This document shows, in pieces, positions 46,276-58,858 of a DNA stretch of 64,000 nt (the first letter of the stretch is position 1; every line of letters begins with the position of its first letter). The notes under the pieces were generated by a model, which was given only the letters and a program-made list of their open reading frames with translations, was not told the origin of the DNA and ran no database searches. The stretch lies in NCBI GenBank assembly GCA_000004985.1, contig GG738886.1. The stretch is one strand, 5' to 3'. The translations under genes were made by a program, and so were the position numbers. Origin of the DNA: Naegleria gruberi. Its lineage: Eukaryota.

Positions 46276-49200
46276 ATGTTCACCATATTCGAAGATGACG
46301 GTGCAGATGATAATATTGAAGTTGATGATCATCCGATACAATCACTCCAATATCGGGATACTAAAATTAAAGCAACATCATCATCGTTACAAATTCATCA
46401 AGACAATGATGATGAATTGGAATTGATGGAAGAAGGAGCAGGATCAATGGTAGGTGGTTTAAAACTATACAACAACCTCTATAATTTATAATTAATATTA
46501 TTATCTAGTCAATTCCTTCGGATCAATTTTCATCATCATCAGCTTTTGGAAGAACACATCAACAACAACGAAGATTTAAAATTCATTCTGATGCTGATAG
46601 AACAGAAAATTTACCACCTTCATTGGTACAATCAGCATTGAATCAATCTGCTAATAGGAGAGTATTTGGAGCTGTTTTATCGGATAGTGGTAGCTTGGAA
46701 CATTCAACAGTAGGATCATCATCTAATACTAGGCAATCTGTTGAAACTGCTAATAATAATACAACAGAAGATGAGGAGGAAAAGCCATTTGATAAATATT
46801 GGAATGTTCAGTTACCTTCTTCAAGGATTAGACCTTCGGTTTCTTCACAATTAAATACAACATTGAATAGGAGTTCGAATAGTGGTGGAGCAGTAGGAAA
46901 TGGAGCAGATTTGCTTATGAAATCACCATTGGCAGCTCGATTATTGAGTCCATCAACAAGGAATGCCATTTCAAACATTTCATCAACAAGTCTTAATGAA
47001 TCTGTCAAGAATGTTCAAGGAACAAATGATGAAAATTTCGAAAATTATGTGCATGAAACTTTCGGAACAAATTCAAATAAGAATAATCAATCGATTGTGA
47101 ATAGAAAACCTGCAATTAGTGTATTCGAGGATGAAAATATTGAAAAATCTACCATTGAGGAACAATATTTATTTGGTGCTGAGGATGAAGAACCATCGAT
47201 GGAAACTAATGTAAATAGAAACTTTGAGAAAAGACCTTCTCAACAATCCAACAATCAATTTTCTTCTCCTTTGAAAAAAAGAAAATTAGCTTCACAACAA
47301 TTAATTTCTAATGCTGGTCATACGGAAGTTGAGGATGAGGAAGAAGATTTGGCCAATTGTTCACTTGTCATTTCACCACCTCCTTTTGATGAAGAGGAAA
47401 CATCCTCTGCTGCCAATAACATGCTCTTTGGAAATGATGAAGAAAATGTGAGTGGACCAATCTTGGAAGCAGGTCTCTACACTGGACGATCCAGGGATAG
47501 AAAGAGTAGAATTAAAAGTAGTTACTATGAGCCAGGATCACCACTCAATACTGGCCTTGAGAATAATCCTTCAATGATCATTTCGAGTTCACCACTCTTG
47601 AAATATACAGTACCATCGACGGAGAGTGCCAGCAACAACAACATGCTGAATGATAGTATTACCAATAGAAGCTCTATTCTCAATGAGAGCCTCAGAGAGA
47701 GGGACGACATTATCGATCAATTGAATAATGAAGCTGAGGGAGAGAGAAGAAAACTCAAAGAATACAAGCTTCTCATCGAAAAACTTCAATCAGAGAATGC
47801 TCACCTCAAGCAACAAAACTCTTCAATCAAAAAGAAGAATGAGGAAATACTGATAGAAACAGAAAAGGAAAATAACACTAGGGAACTTGAAATTCAATCT
47901 TTGAAAGAGAAAATTGCCGAACAACAAACCACTATTAACTTACAAAATCTTTCCAAGACTCAAAAAGAATCTAAATTTACAGAAATCGAAAGTAAAATTT
48001 CTGGAATCAACAAGACTGTAGAGACTTTGAAAAGTGATATTGTACAAAAGGACATTACCATAGAAACTCTCAATAGTCAAATTGAATCAATGAACAAACA
48101 ATTGGAGGAAGCATCAACTACCAATTCTGAACTAATGACCGTCTATCACTCTCAAAAACATGAATTTAATTTATTAAGCCATGAATATGAAATACTGACA
48201 TTCAAAACTTCACAATATGATTCAAAGATTCAAGAACTTGACCAATTACAAGATGAAATCAAGACACTCAAAGCAGAGCTAAATGAAAGAAATGAGGACA
48301 AGAAAAAGATACGAATCTTGGAAGCGGAATTGCAAAAGGCCAGTGAATCTCTCCAATCACAAGAAGTTCTCAAGGAAGCCATCAAGGACTTTGAATCTGA
48401 GTTGACCAAGTTGGAAGTTCTTCGAATTGAAAATAGTTCACTCGAGTCCAAGTTGTACAATACTGAATCACTTTTAAAGAGCTGGGAAAGTGCCTTCCCT
48501 AATAATACTCCATCGGATGTAAACTACAATATCAAGTTACAAGCCAAGAAAATAACTCGCCTCGAAGAAACCATTCAAGAAGTGAATCAAGAAAAGTTTG
48601 ACATTGCCAAGCATGTGGAACGTTTAACTGTGGAGTTGGAATCAAGGGAGACAGAATGTGCCGAACTTCGAAATGAAAACAAGCAACTCGAAGAGAAACT
48701 GGCCAGCACTGAAGTAAAGCTCTTCGCTGCCAAGAACCAATTGGAGAGCTCTATGAAATTTGCTCACATCAACGACAAGGAAGAGGCTATGAATGCTGCT
48801 GCCGATGAGGAAACTAAGGAAAAGATAGGCCATCACATGAGTAGAATAGCTGCCCTTGAAAAGATCATTGAGGAGAAGGATGTAAATACTCGTGAACTAT
48901 TTGAAAGATTGGATATTTTGCAAAAACAAATAATTGACAAACAGACTCTTATCGAAAACTTTGAACATGAAGTGGAGAAGGTTAATGCTCAAAAGTTGGA
49001 AGTTCAAACCAAATCAGATGAATTACAGGTACGAGTTGAAAAATTGGAAAAGAACAGAGACGCTCTCGAATTGGAAATTGCAAACTATGAAAAGAGACTA
49101 GGAAAGGGAGAATACAATAAGGAGAAATTCAAAATTCTTCACATGAAAATCAACCCAGAAATTGAGGCCAAAAAATCCAGTGACAATGACATTGAACGAT

Positions 49201-49661
49201 TAAAGACAGAAAATAAGCTCCTCACCGAAGAAATTACCTCCCTCAAAGAGCAATTACAAATCTCCTCCAACGATAATGCCTCCAGCTCAATTAACAATCA
49301 ACGAGAAATTGAAAAGCTCAAAGAAGAAAATGCAGATGCCCAACGCAGAATTACCAAGCTCAAAGAAGTTTTCCAAAAGAGAATTAACGAATTTAGAAAA
49401 TCAATCTATCTCTTATTTGGTTTCAGAGTTGATGTCATTGAAAATAATCGATTCAGATTGAGCAGCATGTATGCAGAATCTCCAGAAGATTATCTCATCT
49501 TTGAAAGTGATGGAAATGCCATGAAACTCTTAAACTCTGAATTTGCTTGTTCACTAGAGGAAAAATCCATGAGATTTTTAAAGAATTTCAGATCCATTCC
49601 AGGATTTTTATGTTCCATTACTTTGGATTTATTCAACAAGCAAACTGTTTTCACCCAATAA
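46276..49661 (+). CDS. mad1: Mitotic spindle assembly checkpoint protein MAD1 orthologue; exons 46276..46449 and 46509..49661, 59-nt intron 46450..46508 (GTAGGT..TCTAG)
   Basis: About 600 aa of coiled coil. The C-terminal domain KLKEVFQKRINEFRKSIYLLFGFRVDVIENNRFRLSSMYAESPEDYLIFES...IPGFLCSITLDLFNKQTVF closely matches the recalled metazoan MAD1 C-terminus (KEVFQ.KIQEFRKACYTLTGYQIDI...YRLTSLYAEHPGDCLIF...IPAFLSSLTLELFSRQTV). Confidence 0.8.
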
Positions 49662-49812
49662 TAATTTTGATTCATCATTATTATTAATATAGTTAAAACT
49701 TTCATCAGTAAACAATCCAAAGTTGGAAAAACTATAAAAACATGAATATTACACAACCTTACTTTATCACCACGACATTACAATACGCACGAACAAGCCA
49801 CACAAATGATCA

Positions 49813-51302
49813 TTGTTCTCGAACAAGAGAAAACAAAACAATTGGAAGAGAAACATTGATGCAGATTCAGAGTTTGATTCATGCGGAAAAAAGAGAAAAC
49901 AAGATGAAGAATTGTTACCTGATGAAATTATAATTGAAATTGTATCATATCTTTCTAATTTTGAAGGATTCCGATTCATGTTTGTCAGTAAACAATTTAT
50001 GAAAGCTTGCCGATTAATTAGAAAATGTTTGATCACTTCTTTGGATTGCACTGCCGAATTATTAAGCCTATTTTGTGAATCACCATTCGCTGAGCAAATT
50101 CACTCCTTGGTGATTGATGTTCCAATCACTTGGGAATTCTTCAATCAAATCAAACTTAATTTTACAAATTTGAAAGAGTTGAATCTGTACGAAGTAGCAT
50201 TTCTCGATTTTTCAAATTATTTTGAAAGCAACCATTTAGAATCTTTAATAGTTCGAAACTGTAATAACATTAATCTCAATTCATTGCATTTATTCAATTT
50301 ACAACATATAGAATGTCCCCTAAAGTCATCCATGGGGTCGGTAATATCATTCATTCGAATACTTTCAGCTTAAAAAGCATTACACTGCATGGGAATGGAA
50401 ATGTGATTAAGGAGGCTCACTTGTTTAAAAATCTTCCAGCATTGGAATATCTTAAACTTGTCAGATTTAACATTCCAGTTTCACAATTTAAGGAAATATT
50501 GAATTGTAAAGGTTTAAAATCACTACATTTACAATTCATTACTAACACGAGTGCCATTCTTTTGGACCAAAAACATTCACAGTTGTTCAATTTGCCAACA
50601 TTAGAAAAATTAGAAAGTTATCGAGTAGATCTTGACCTTATGCAGATTCTTATCCAATCAATGATTGCTCCTCTATTGAAATATTTATCAATTGGGGTAA
50701 ATGGTGTCTTTAATTTTACACTTTCAAAAGCCTTTAGAGAAAATACATCTCTATCAAATATTGAAAACTTGTCTATTGAGAATCAGATAGAAAATATGGA
50801 AATAATTGAAAAAATTTGTGAAAAAATATCAAAGTTACCCTTAAACAAATTTGCCTTTTCTGGAAATTCACTATGTTTCTCAAAAATTTCAACATTTAAT
50901 TTATCAAATTTAGTTCAGTTTCGTTACAATGCATCCGAAAATGTAAAATATTTGAAAATATTCAATTCCCCTCACTTTGAAAAGTTGGAAATTTTACAAA
51001 TTAATTTTAACAATTATTCTGTAACAGATGAAGAATTAGAAGACTTTGCCAAATGCACTTCAATGCCAAATCTCACCAGACTTGAGTTTAAATATCATAA
51101 ACGACACCTATCAAAATTTACAGAGATTCTGTCAAATAATCCATGTTTCTGCAAAATTGAAATCAATTACATTTCCATTCTCAGATGTGGATGCCAAACT
51201 TCTCGTCCAAACATCCAATTATTTGAAAAAGTGTCAAGAGTTATTGTTAGAGAGCAATTTAATTTCTGCTTTTGGCAGAAAGATGTTGTACGATTCAAAT
51301 AG
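49813..51302 (+). CDS. F-box / leucine-rich-repeat protein with a frame discontinuity at about 50310..50375 (ORFs 49813..50373 and 50313..51302); start codon uncertain
   Basis: F-box LLPDEIIIEIVSYLSNF. LRR-like L-x-x-L-x-L repeats follow in both ORFs. A possible non-canonical 44-nt intron (GTCATC..TTTCAG) or a 1-nt indel in the tcccc run. Confidence 0.5.
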
Positions 51303-51455
51303 ATTTCCTGTTATTGGGTATTTTAATTTGTAATCTATAAACAATTTATTCTCTCTGTTAAATTAAATTCAAATTTATTGTGTTAGTTGAATTGTAAGGA
51401 GAAGCTGTGCTTGTGAATTCTCACAAGTTGGATAATCTAATTGCTACTGATGCTG

Positions 51456-53261
51456 TCAATAAGAAGTATAGACAGAAATGTGTTCAGTTATGAAACATCC
51501 CTTCACAAACATTGCTGTTGACAATGGAATGTACAATCCGTCAAATTCCTTCTCCAATCTCTTTTTAATCCATGAATCGACTTGATTTCTAGAAACTGAA
51601 ATAGATGGTCGAATGGTGAAAGGTAATTTCCCCTTACATGAAGAAACTGTGCATGTATGTTTCTCCACAAGATATCCAATTGACAAAGCTGCCAATTCAA
51701 TTTCTTCTTCAGATTCCGAGTTTGAATATTGTGAAATTAGTGATTCCACATTATTATTTTGTTCAATGAGATTCCTTAATATTTCAGGAGAAACACCTTT
51801 GAATTTGTTTACCAAGTTTGGGTTTCGTTCAGCCAACTTGAGCATAAATTCTTCATCATTCAAGAATGGAGATAAATTAATGTTTGGTTCCTTCTCACAG
51901 GAAACATACTTTAAAATTAATTCCTTATCAGTTCCCAATCTTCGGCTCAAATACTTGAACATTTCAGGATACTGATCTAAATATTTCATGACAAATTCCT
52001 TGTCATCTTTCAATCTGTCAGAAGCATAACAAAACAGCTCTGGAACCTTAGATAATACAAATGACATAACCTCTTCATCATCTAAAAATTGCAATCTTGT
52101 TGAACTAATACATTCAGGATGATATTTCAAACATTTCAAAACAAATTCCTTATTTTCCCTAAGATATTTAGGTGCCAAATAGATTGCACTCTTAAATCTC
52201 GACAATAAATCCCAATCTTCTTCCCTACTATTTTCTAATGGATCCAATTCAATATACTCCAAATTTCCCTCCATATATTTGATCCATTTCACTTCCTTGT
52301 CAGTGAACATTAAATATTCAGGAATGAATTGAATTAGTCTTGCATCTTTCTTGATTAATTCACGTAAGAATTCCTCATCTGATTTAAGATGTTTTGGAAG
52401 GTATTTAAATAGCTCTGGATATCCATTCAAAATCAAATTGACTCTATCTTCTGCGGAATAGTCAATTAGCTCATTGTTTCCTAAAATTCTCTCAATCATT
52501 GAAACAGTTGCATATTGAAGGAGATTCTTATCTTGTGAAATGGCTTTCAACACAATTTCTTCATCATTTCTAAACTCAATATTTGCAAATTTCAAGGCAT
52601 TTGGATTACATTCAATTGCCAATAATGTCAATTCCCTGTCACCATTCATACACAAACTAATATTCTTGCTTAATATTTCAATAACTAGCTCTCTATCGAC
52701 TTCTTTCCAATTGACAAATTTGAGAATTTCTGGATTCAATTTTACGAAATAATTCACCAAATTTTCAGGAAAAATGTCTGAATTTTCTTTTAATTTCAGA
52801 TCTGCATTTCCATATTTGAAATTAAACGAAACTGGTTCATCTTTTGGGAATAATTTTGGGAAAATTTGATGATTTGCCTTGATTGCCTTCACAATAAAGT
52901 TTGGATCTTGTCTCATCTTGTCAGGAATGTCAATTTTAATGCCAAATAAATGTTCCCTCGCTATTAGAAAGTACAAAATAAAGTCTTGATCATTTAAAAT
53001 TGATAAATTTCGCAATAGATGGGGATATTTAACAAGAATGTGGCAGTCTCGATAATATTCTAATGGAATGTATCGTGGTTGATTCTTTAATATTTCGTCT
53101 CGTTTCGAACAATATTTTAGAAAGGATTTTCTTTGATTTTTGAATTTTGAGAAAAGAAGATTTGATTTGATATTAAAATCCAAATTGATCATCACACCAG
53201 ATTCATCGTGTGTGAGATTATCAATATTATTTTCTTGCATTTTTTTACAATTTAAAAGCAA
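51456..53261 (-). CDS. DUF4116-like tandem-repeat protein, 601 aa
   Basis: Repeated about 30-aa units of form D-x-E-F-V/I-L-K-A-I...L-K/Q-F/Y-A...L-K-x-D-K/E-E (FIVKAIKANHQIF, EIVLKAISQDKNLLQYA, EFVLKCLKYHPE, EFVMKYLDQYPEMFKYL, ELILKYVS). Confidence 0.5.
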   Translation of the reverse strand: MLLNCKKMQENNIDNLTHDESGVMINLDFNIKSNLLFSKFKNQRKSFLKYCSKRDEILKNQPRYIPLEYYRDCHILVKYPHLLRNLSILNDQDFILYFLIAREHLFGIKIDIPDKMRQDPNFIVKAIKANHQIFPKLFPKDEPVSFNFKYGNADLKLKENSDIFPENLVNYFVKLNPEILKFVNWKEVDRELVIEILSKNISLCMNGDRELTLLAIECNPNALKFANIEFRNDEEIVLKAISQDKNLLQYATVSMIERILGNNELIDYSAEDRVNLILNGYPELFKYLPKHLKSDEEFLRELIKKDARLIQFIPEYLMFTDKEVKWIKYMEGNLEYIELDPLENSREEDWDLLSRFKSAIYLAPKYLRENKEFVLKCLKYHPECISSTRLQFLDDEEVMSFVLSKVPELFCYASDRLKDDKEFVMKYLDQYPEMFKYLSRRLGTDKELILKYVSCEKEPNINLSPFLNDEEFMLKLAERNPNLVNKFKGVSPEILRNLIEQNNNVESLISQYSNSESEEEIELAALSIGYLVEKHTCTVSSCKGKLPFTIRPSISVSRNQVDSWIKKRLEKEFDGLYIPLSTAMFVKGCFITEHISVYTSY

Positions 53262-53511
53262 ATTTCAAAAATATTAACTGTTATTCGTTAATTTTAGAAA
53301 GTTTATTTTGAAATTTACTAAAACGAATTCACCATAGAACAAGATTTAGAAACATCTCTATTCCATCTATTTTCCATTTTCAAAATTTTCATTATTCGAA
53401 TTGTTTCTGATATTATTTGTGGAATTTTGAAAAGTTGACAAGTTTAAAAAATGTCTGAAAAACAAGTTAGAGTGCAACTGGTCGATTTTAACATTCCGAA
53501 AGGATCATCAT

Positions 53512-54360
53512 GTGAATCCTTTCGAATATTTGAAAAGAAAGTTAAGAATTCATCTAATTAACTCATTTTCTTGCTCTTTCGATCCAGTTGCTTCTCTAGA
53601 ACGGAAAAAGGGAATGTCCTGTATACAAATCGATAGGAATTATAATCTTTTAATGATATCAAACCAACAAACTTTATTATTTTACGAGTTGGAAACTAGA
53701 CGAAAGTTATTCGATTGTCAATTTAAAAAAATTATTTATTATTTCAAAATACTTGATGGAGATTTATTTATATGTAGTTGTGAAAGAAATGCTACATCAT
53801 TCCGAATTGAAAGATATAATTTTAAACTAATTTTGAAAACTAGAAAATATTGGAAATGTTTCGTTTGGGAAAGTCGACATTTTGGACAATTTTCTGGATT
53901 CGATCTTGGACCAGATCACTTAATTTATTTGTGTGATCTCAAAACGAACAAAATAGCCACTTTAAAATACGAAACTGGCCAAGAAATAGTTTCGTTATCA
54001 GGCACAGTTTCATATTGTTCGAATCTCACTTTTTCTCCCAATGGAGATTTGTATGTTTCTGGTTTTCTAGTATTGCACCATTTAATTAGAAATCACAACA
54101 ATTTATGGCTAAGCAAGAATCAAATTGCAATTTCAATGTTAGGGAACTTTCGAATATCTTATCCTGAAGTTATTTTCTTTGAAAAATCAAGTGAGAGAAT
54201 TTACCTATCCGATAGAGAAAGAATAGTTCTAATTTTTGATAAGAATATGAAAAAAATCAATTCGAAACTTGTTGGTAGTGACATTATTGGATTAACAATT
54301 GATGAAAGAACTGGATATTGTTATGTTGCTACTGGGAAACGATTGTTTATTTACAAATGA
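53512..54360 (+). CDS. Hypothetical beta-rich protein, 282 aa (start uncertain; an overlapping 36-aa ORF at 53451 lies in another frame)
   Basis: Long ORF. Propeller-like segments (IVSLSGTVSYCSNLTFSPNGDLYVSG, GLTIDERTGYCYVATGKRLFIY). Confidence 0.4.
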   Translation: MNPFEYLKRKLRIHLINSFSCSFDPVASLERKKGMSCIQIDRNYNLLMISNQQTLLFYELETRRKLFDCQFKKIIYYFKILDGDLFICSCERNATSFRIERYNFKLILKTRKYWKCFVWESRHFGQFSGFDLGPDHLIYLCDLKTNKIATLKYETGQEIVSLSGTVSYCSNLTFSPNGDLYVSGFLVLHHLIRNHNNLWLSKNQIAISMLGNFRISYPEVIFFEKSSERIYLSDRERIVLIFDKNMKKINSKLVGSDIIGLTIDERTGYCYVATGKRLFIYK

Positions 54361-54601
54361 GATAAATTTCATTCAATTATTGATTTTTAATTTTGAATGT
54401 TGAAATAATCTTGTTTGGATTAATGTCACATGTCAATTTGTAATAAACCATTTGATTTTTTGATTGAAATGTCATGGTATACTGGCTGTGAAAGGATGAC
54501 GTTGAAATCCAGCTCATCAATAAATTACATTCAATAAATTTTTATTCGAAACTAAATTCTAATCTACATATATAGTCAACAAACACAATGAAATCATTAT
54601 T

Positions 54602-55494
54602 TTACAACAATTCACACTTTCCAGAAGCTGGTTTCTTCTCAGGTTCAGTTTGTTTAAACAAGAATGCTCGAATAGCCTCATCAAAAACTCCCTTCACACC
54701 TTGTTGAGTTTTTGCGGAACATTCGGCATATTTCAAAGCCTTGATTTCCTGTTTCAATTTCTCGCCTTGTTCAGCGCTCAATGGTTGTTTGCCCTTTTCA
54801 CGCAACTTTTGAACGGTCGATTCATTTTCACGCAAATCGACTTGAGTACCCACCAAAATGATTGGAACATTCTTGCAGTGGTGCGAGACTTCTGGGTACC
54901 ACTTCAAACGGACATTGTCGTAACTGGCTGGATTAACAACGGAGAAGCAAATTAAAAAGACGGAGGTACCTGGATAGGAGAGTGGACGCAATCGATCATA
55001 TCTGTGTTGTTGTGCGTTGTGTGTATTGATATTAATATAGGGTGGTGAGTTGGAATATTTTTGTTGGATTTGATGGTGGTATGGTTTTCGATATTATTAT
55101 GTATTTGATTCAATATTTTAAATAAATAATATTTTTTTGTTGTTGATGATGGAAATTTGTTTCATCACGTGAAGAAATATTTGTATTATTATTATAATGT
55201 GAAAGTTAATGTTCGAAACTAGAATAAATTAAATAGAAACTCACTCTTCTTGACCAGCTGTATCCCACAAACCCAAGTTGATAGTCTTACCATCAACCAT
55301 AACGTTAGCAGAGTAGTTATCAAAGACAGTTGGAACGTATCTATTAGAAACTTGTTAATAAACTATAATTTTCTATTCGAAACCTACTCTTCAGGGAAGT
55401 GATTCTTAGCATAGACGTACAAGAGACATGTCTTACCGACAGCACCATCACCAACGATAACGCATTTAATATGTTGAACGGTTGTCTTGCTCAT
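54602..55494 (-). CDS. Rac-subfamily Rho GTPase, 3 exons (55494..55388, 55340..55245, 54991..54602; introns 55341..55387 of 47 nt GTAGGT..AATAG and 54992..55244 of 253 nt GTGAGT..CACAG), CAAX end CELL
   Basis: Spliced protein [106 protein letters not shown]...[23 protein letters not shown] has the G1-G5 motifs and a Rac-type switch region. Confidence 0.85.
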
Positions 55495-56747
55495 TGTATT
55501 GTTGGAGTGTTGACAATTTTTTTTTTAAAGTTTTAAATGTGACAAGTGAATGACAGCTTGACAGAGGGCATGACTAAGGATCCCTTAACGGTGAACTGTG
55601 AAGAATGACTTGATGAACACAGAAATTGAGAATTTAAATGTAAATTGAGGTAACGTATTTTTGTTTGAGGTTTTTAAATTGATGCCTGAAAGGTGGCAGC
55701 AGTTAATTTTCAACAATGGCACAGAAGAGAAGAAAAAGGATATTGGTGCTCTTCTCTTATTCATCATCTAGATTCCCAATTGGTGTTTAGATAACCAATA
55801 GGAAGCTAGAACATGAATTACATTCGTGAAGGGAGAAGGAGGAACTCTGAAAAAGTGTTGGACCTTTCAAATTGATTGTGTTGATTCATCAGGAGCGAAG
55901 ATTGTGTTGGAAAATAAAGAGCAATTCAAGAATAAGATTTGGGTTTTGGTGTTTTGTTGATTATTTCACAAGTTGTTGCAATTTGATCATCGACAGTAAG
56001 TAATGTATAAAATGGATTGAAATAGAACATGATCATTGCTGACTAACTTCCTTTTAATGTTCTTGATATATTTCAATAGTTCAATGTTCTTGATCATGAT
56101 TCGTTACCTCAAATTCAAAATCGCTGTACCCTTTGGCGCCAAAATGAATTGTTAAACCTAAGGTAACTTTTACGAACACTAAAAACAATTCAAAAAAAAT
56201 ATATTAATCATGAAGTTGATGAAGGAAGTAATGTTTCCTTACAACAACACATGGTATAATTATAAGCCTATTTAATCCTTAATCAAATTCTTCCTAAGGT
56301 AATATTCCTTATTCTTACTTGGCAATTAACTAATTGGAAATTGAACGAGGTAAAAACACCGATCTTAACATTTTCATATTTCTCAATAATATTAAGAATT
56401 ATTTAAAATTACATTAAAGATGAATTAAATACAAATAGTACAATACAATCATCAAAAAAGTATAACAATATGGAATATTGCATCTATTGGACCTCAATAT
56501 ACAATAACCAAATATTGAAACGACAAATTAAAACATTGCCCTACTCAACATCCTGATTTGATCTCCCTTATGCAATTTCTTCCTTATTTATTCTTCATGT
56601 TATTATTTTACGGACCTTAAAAAAACACCACAACAACCTAGTACAGACATTGTCAATAGACTTTGTTAATGAGGAGCATACTAACATCAACAATTTAGCG
56701 ATAAATTCCAATGAACAAACATAGTACCAAATATTAATAATGAAATA

Positions 56748-58673
56748 ATGGGCTCTAGCACATCCATCACTCACACCAATCCATCCTTAATGGTGGTGAG
56801 GAAACATAAAAGACATTCAGCTCATCATTATGAAAAACACTCTCAACAACAAGAACATTACTCTGGGAATGTTACACAGTCCTTGAATTTATCCAATCCT
56901 TCAACTAGTTGTTCTTCACCACAACATTCGAAATATGTCCACAACAGTGTTGATGAGCTTGTCTTTTCAACGAATAAGCCACCCCTTCAGCTGAATAATA
57001 CCCAACAATTAAATACCCATAGACTTCAGCATGAGGATGATAATTATCATTCTTCGCCCAATTATAATTTGCAACACATTAATCATTCACAGCAATCACA
57101 AATTGCTTCACCGACTAGTAGTAGAGTGATGCTTAATTCACCACCAACTCCCACCACCAACAAGAAAACACTCCTAACAACTTCTATTGATGATTGTTTG
57201 CCTGATGCAGACCTAACCAGAAGAGGGCACGTTGTGTTGCCTCAAATTCAAGCAACAGCAACATCACCACAACCACCTTTAAAAATTCAAAGAGAGAATT
57301 CTATACCCACTAATAGTAAGGATTCGAATTCGCCGAAATTAACAACCTCCTTATCGAATGAAACATTCTATTCAGAGAACCACAGTGAAATAAGTCCCCC
57401 TGATCCATTTCAGTCTTCACAAAAGGGAGCTCCCTCCAAACTTTCCTCAACCAATTCTAATCAACAAGAAAAAGATTCTTCACCACCTAGTAAGGAAACC
57501 TTTACTCCAGTAGTTGCTTTTAGTCCAACCGTTACTGATATTGAAGATGATTCAAAGGCAATTTACATGCATCCATATCATGGAAGCTTACCTCCCCGTA
57601 GTCCAAGCAATTCAACATGCTCTTCAAAGACCTCTTCAAGCAATTGCAGCGCTTTTTCATCTCCTAAAGAGAAGATAACATCCCCTTCTCATTCATCATC
57701 GTACAATACCACATCAGCTACATACTCATCTTCACCATCACCATCATCAACAACATCAGGAGTTGCAACTAGCTCTTCTCCAACTACACTCATCCAACCA
57801 TCATCAACAACATCTGTTAATGCATCTAACACAACACCAGAAACTATAACATCCACACCAATAATCTCAAAAGAAACACCCAAACCAACCATTGAGATCA
57901 GTAAAATATCGAATGCTGCCCCGACTACGTCTTCGCCAATTTCTAAAGATAAATTAAAGAGAGCTAGACCTCTTTCTGCAACCAAAAATCCACTGGTTCA
58001 ATCTCTTACATTGGAAAAATTTAAAGACGATTTAGCTATTGGAAGAAAATCCAAATCAAATATCATTTCAGATAATTCAGTCAAGGTAGCATACAGCTCT
58101 TCACTAACTAGATCAGTGGAAGAACCATTTAAATTCACAAATCCTATAAAAACAAAGAACAGATCAACTAGTGTCAACTCGAGAAGTGTTGCACTGTCTC
58201 CAAAGAAGAGTTCAAAATTGTATGATGAAGATGACATGGTAATGATGGACACACCACCGGCCATGTTCAATAGATTTGAATTACAAAAACAATTAATGAA
58301 TACCGATCAAAAGAGTAAGGAAATGAAGATTGATTTGAGGAGTAGTGTCACTCTTGATAATCACCGAGACGTGTTGTCAATGTTTTCTCACAAACATCAA
58401 CAAAAGGATAAAGGAGGTGTTTCATCTCCAATTACCTCTCCAACTAGACACCATTCTCCTTTGAATTCTAGTAATGACGATTTTGAAAATATTGGCAATG
58501 AAGAGATTCGAATCTTCGTCACACCACCAACATTCCTTCCAGACTTGAGCCATTTAAATTTGACTCATTTACAATTGAGAATGTTATCGAATGAAAGATC
58601 GCAAAAGAGAAAAATGGCAAGATCCAACAAGAGAGAAAGTACCTTTAGTTTGAATGGAATAAAGTTTGATTAA
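56748..58673 (+). CDS. Ser/Thr/Pro-rich low-complexity hypothetical protein, 641 aa; starts MGSSTSI (myristoylation-type motif)
   Basis: ATG at 56748 (aataATGggc). Uninterrupted ORF with S/T/P tracts. Confidence 0.45.
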   Translation: MGSSTSITHTNPSLMVVRKHKRHSAHHYEKHSQQQEHYSGNVTQSLNLSNPSTSCSSPQHSKYVHNSVDELVFSTNKPPLQLNNTQQLNTHRLQHEDDNYHSSPNYNLQHINHSQQSQIASPTSSRVMLNSPPTPTTNKKTLLTTSIDDCLPDADLTRRGHVVLPQIQATATSPQPPLKIQRENSIPTNSKDSNSPKLTTSLSNETFYSENHSEISPPDPFQSSQKGAPSKLSSTNSNQQEKDSSPPSKETFTPVVAFSPTVTDIEDDSKAIYMHPYHGSLPPRSPSNSTCSSKTSSSNCSAFSSPKEKITSPSHSSSYNTTSATYSSSPSPSSTTSGVATSSSPTTLIQPSSTTSVNASNTTPETITSTPIISKETPKPTIEISKISNAAPTTSSPISKDKLKRARPLSATKNPLVQSLTLEKFKDDLAIGRKSKSNIISDNSVKVAYSSSLTRSVEEPFKFTNPIKTKNRSTSVNSRSVALSPKKSSKLYDEDDMVMMDTPPAMFNRFELQKQLMNTDQKSKEMKIDLRSSVTLDNHRDVLSMFSHKHQQKDKGGVSSPITSPTRHHSPLNSSNDDFENIGNEEIRIFVTPPTFLPDLSHLNLTHLQLRMLSNERSQKRKMARSNKRESTFSLNGIKFD

Positions 58674-58760
58674 ATGATGATTGTCTGACTTGGGAAAAAA
58701 TCATTAGCCTTCAAGGGGTTTATTTAATAACAACACATGAATATTGATGATTAATGTGTA

Positions 58761-58833
58761 GGGGTCTTGGCGCAGTCGGTAGCGCGTAGGTCTCATAATC
58801 CTAAGGTCGTGAGTTCGATCCTCACAGACCCCA
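58761..58833 (+). tRNA. tRNA-Met, elongator type (anticodon CAU)
   Basis: GGGGTCT acceptor pairs with AGACCCC. Anticodon stem TAGGT/TCCTA with a U31-U39 mismatch typical of elongator Met; loop CTCATAA. T-arm GTGAG-TTCGATC-CTCAC. Discriminator A. A T7 terminator lies 2 nt downstream. Confidence 0.85.
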
Positions 58834-58835
58834 AC

Positions 58836-58842
58836 TTTTTTC
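58836..58842 (+). terminator. Pol III oligo-T terminator of tRNA-Met
   Basis: TTTTTTT run beginning 3 nt after the tRNA 3' end. Confidence 0.45.
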
Positions 58843-58858
58843 ATTTGAGTTAAATTAT

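Noticed and set aside
49742-49933. ORF 49742..49933 as the first exon of the F-box gene
   Set aside because: The frame offset relative to the F-box ORF is not resolvable by any plausible GT..AG intron, and its translation is low-complexity.
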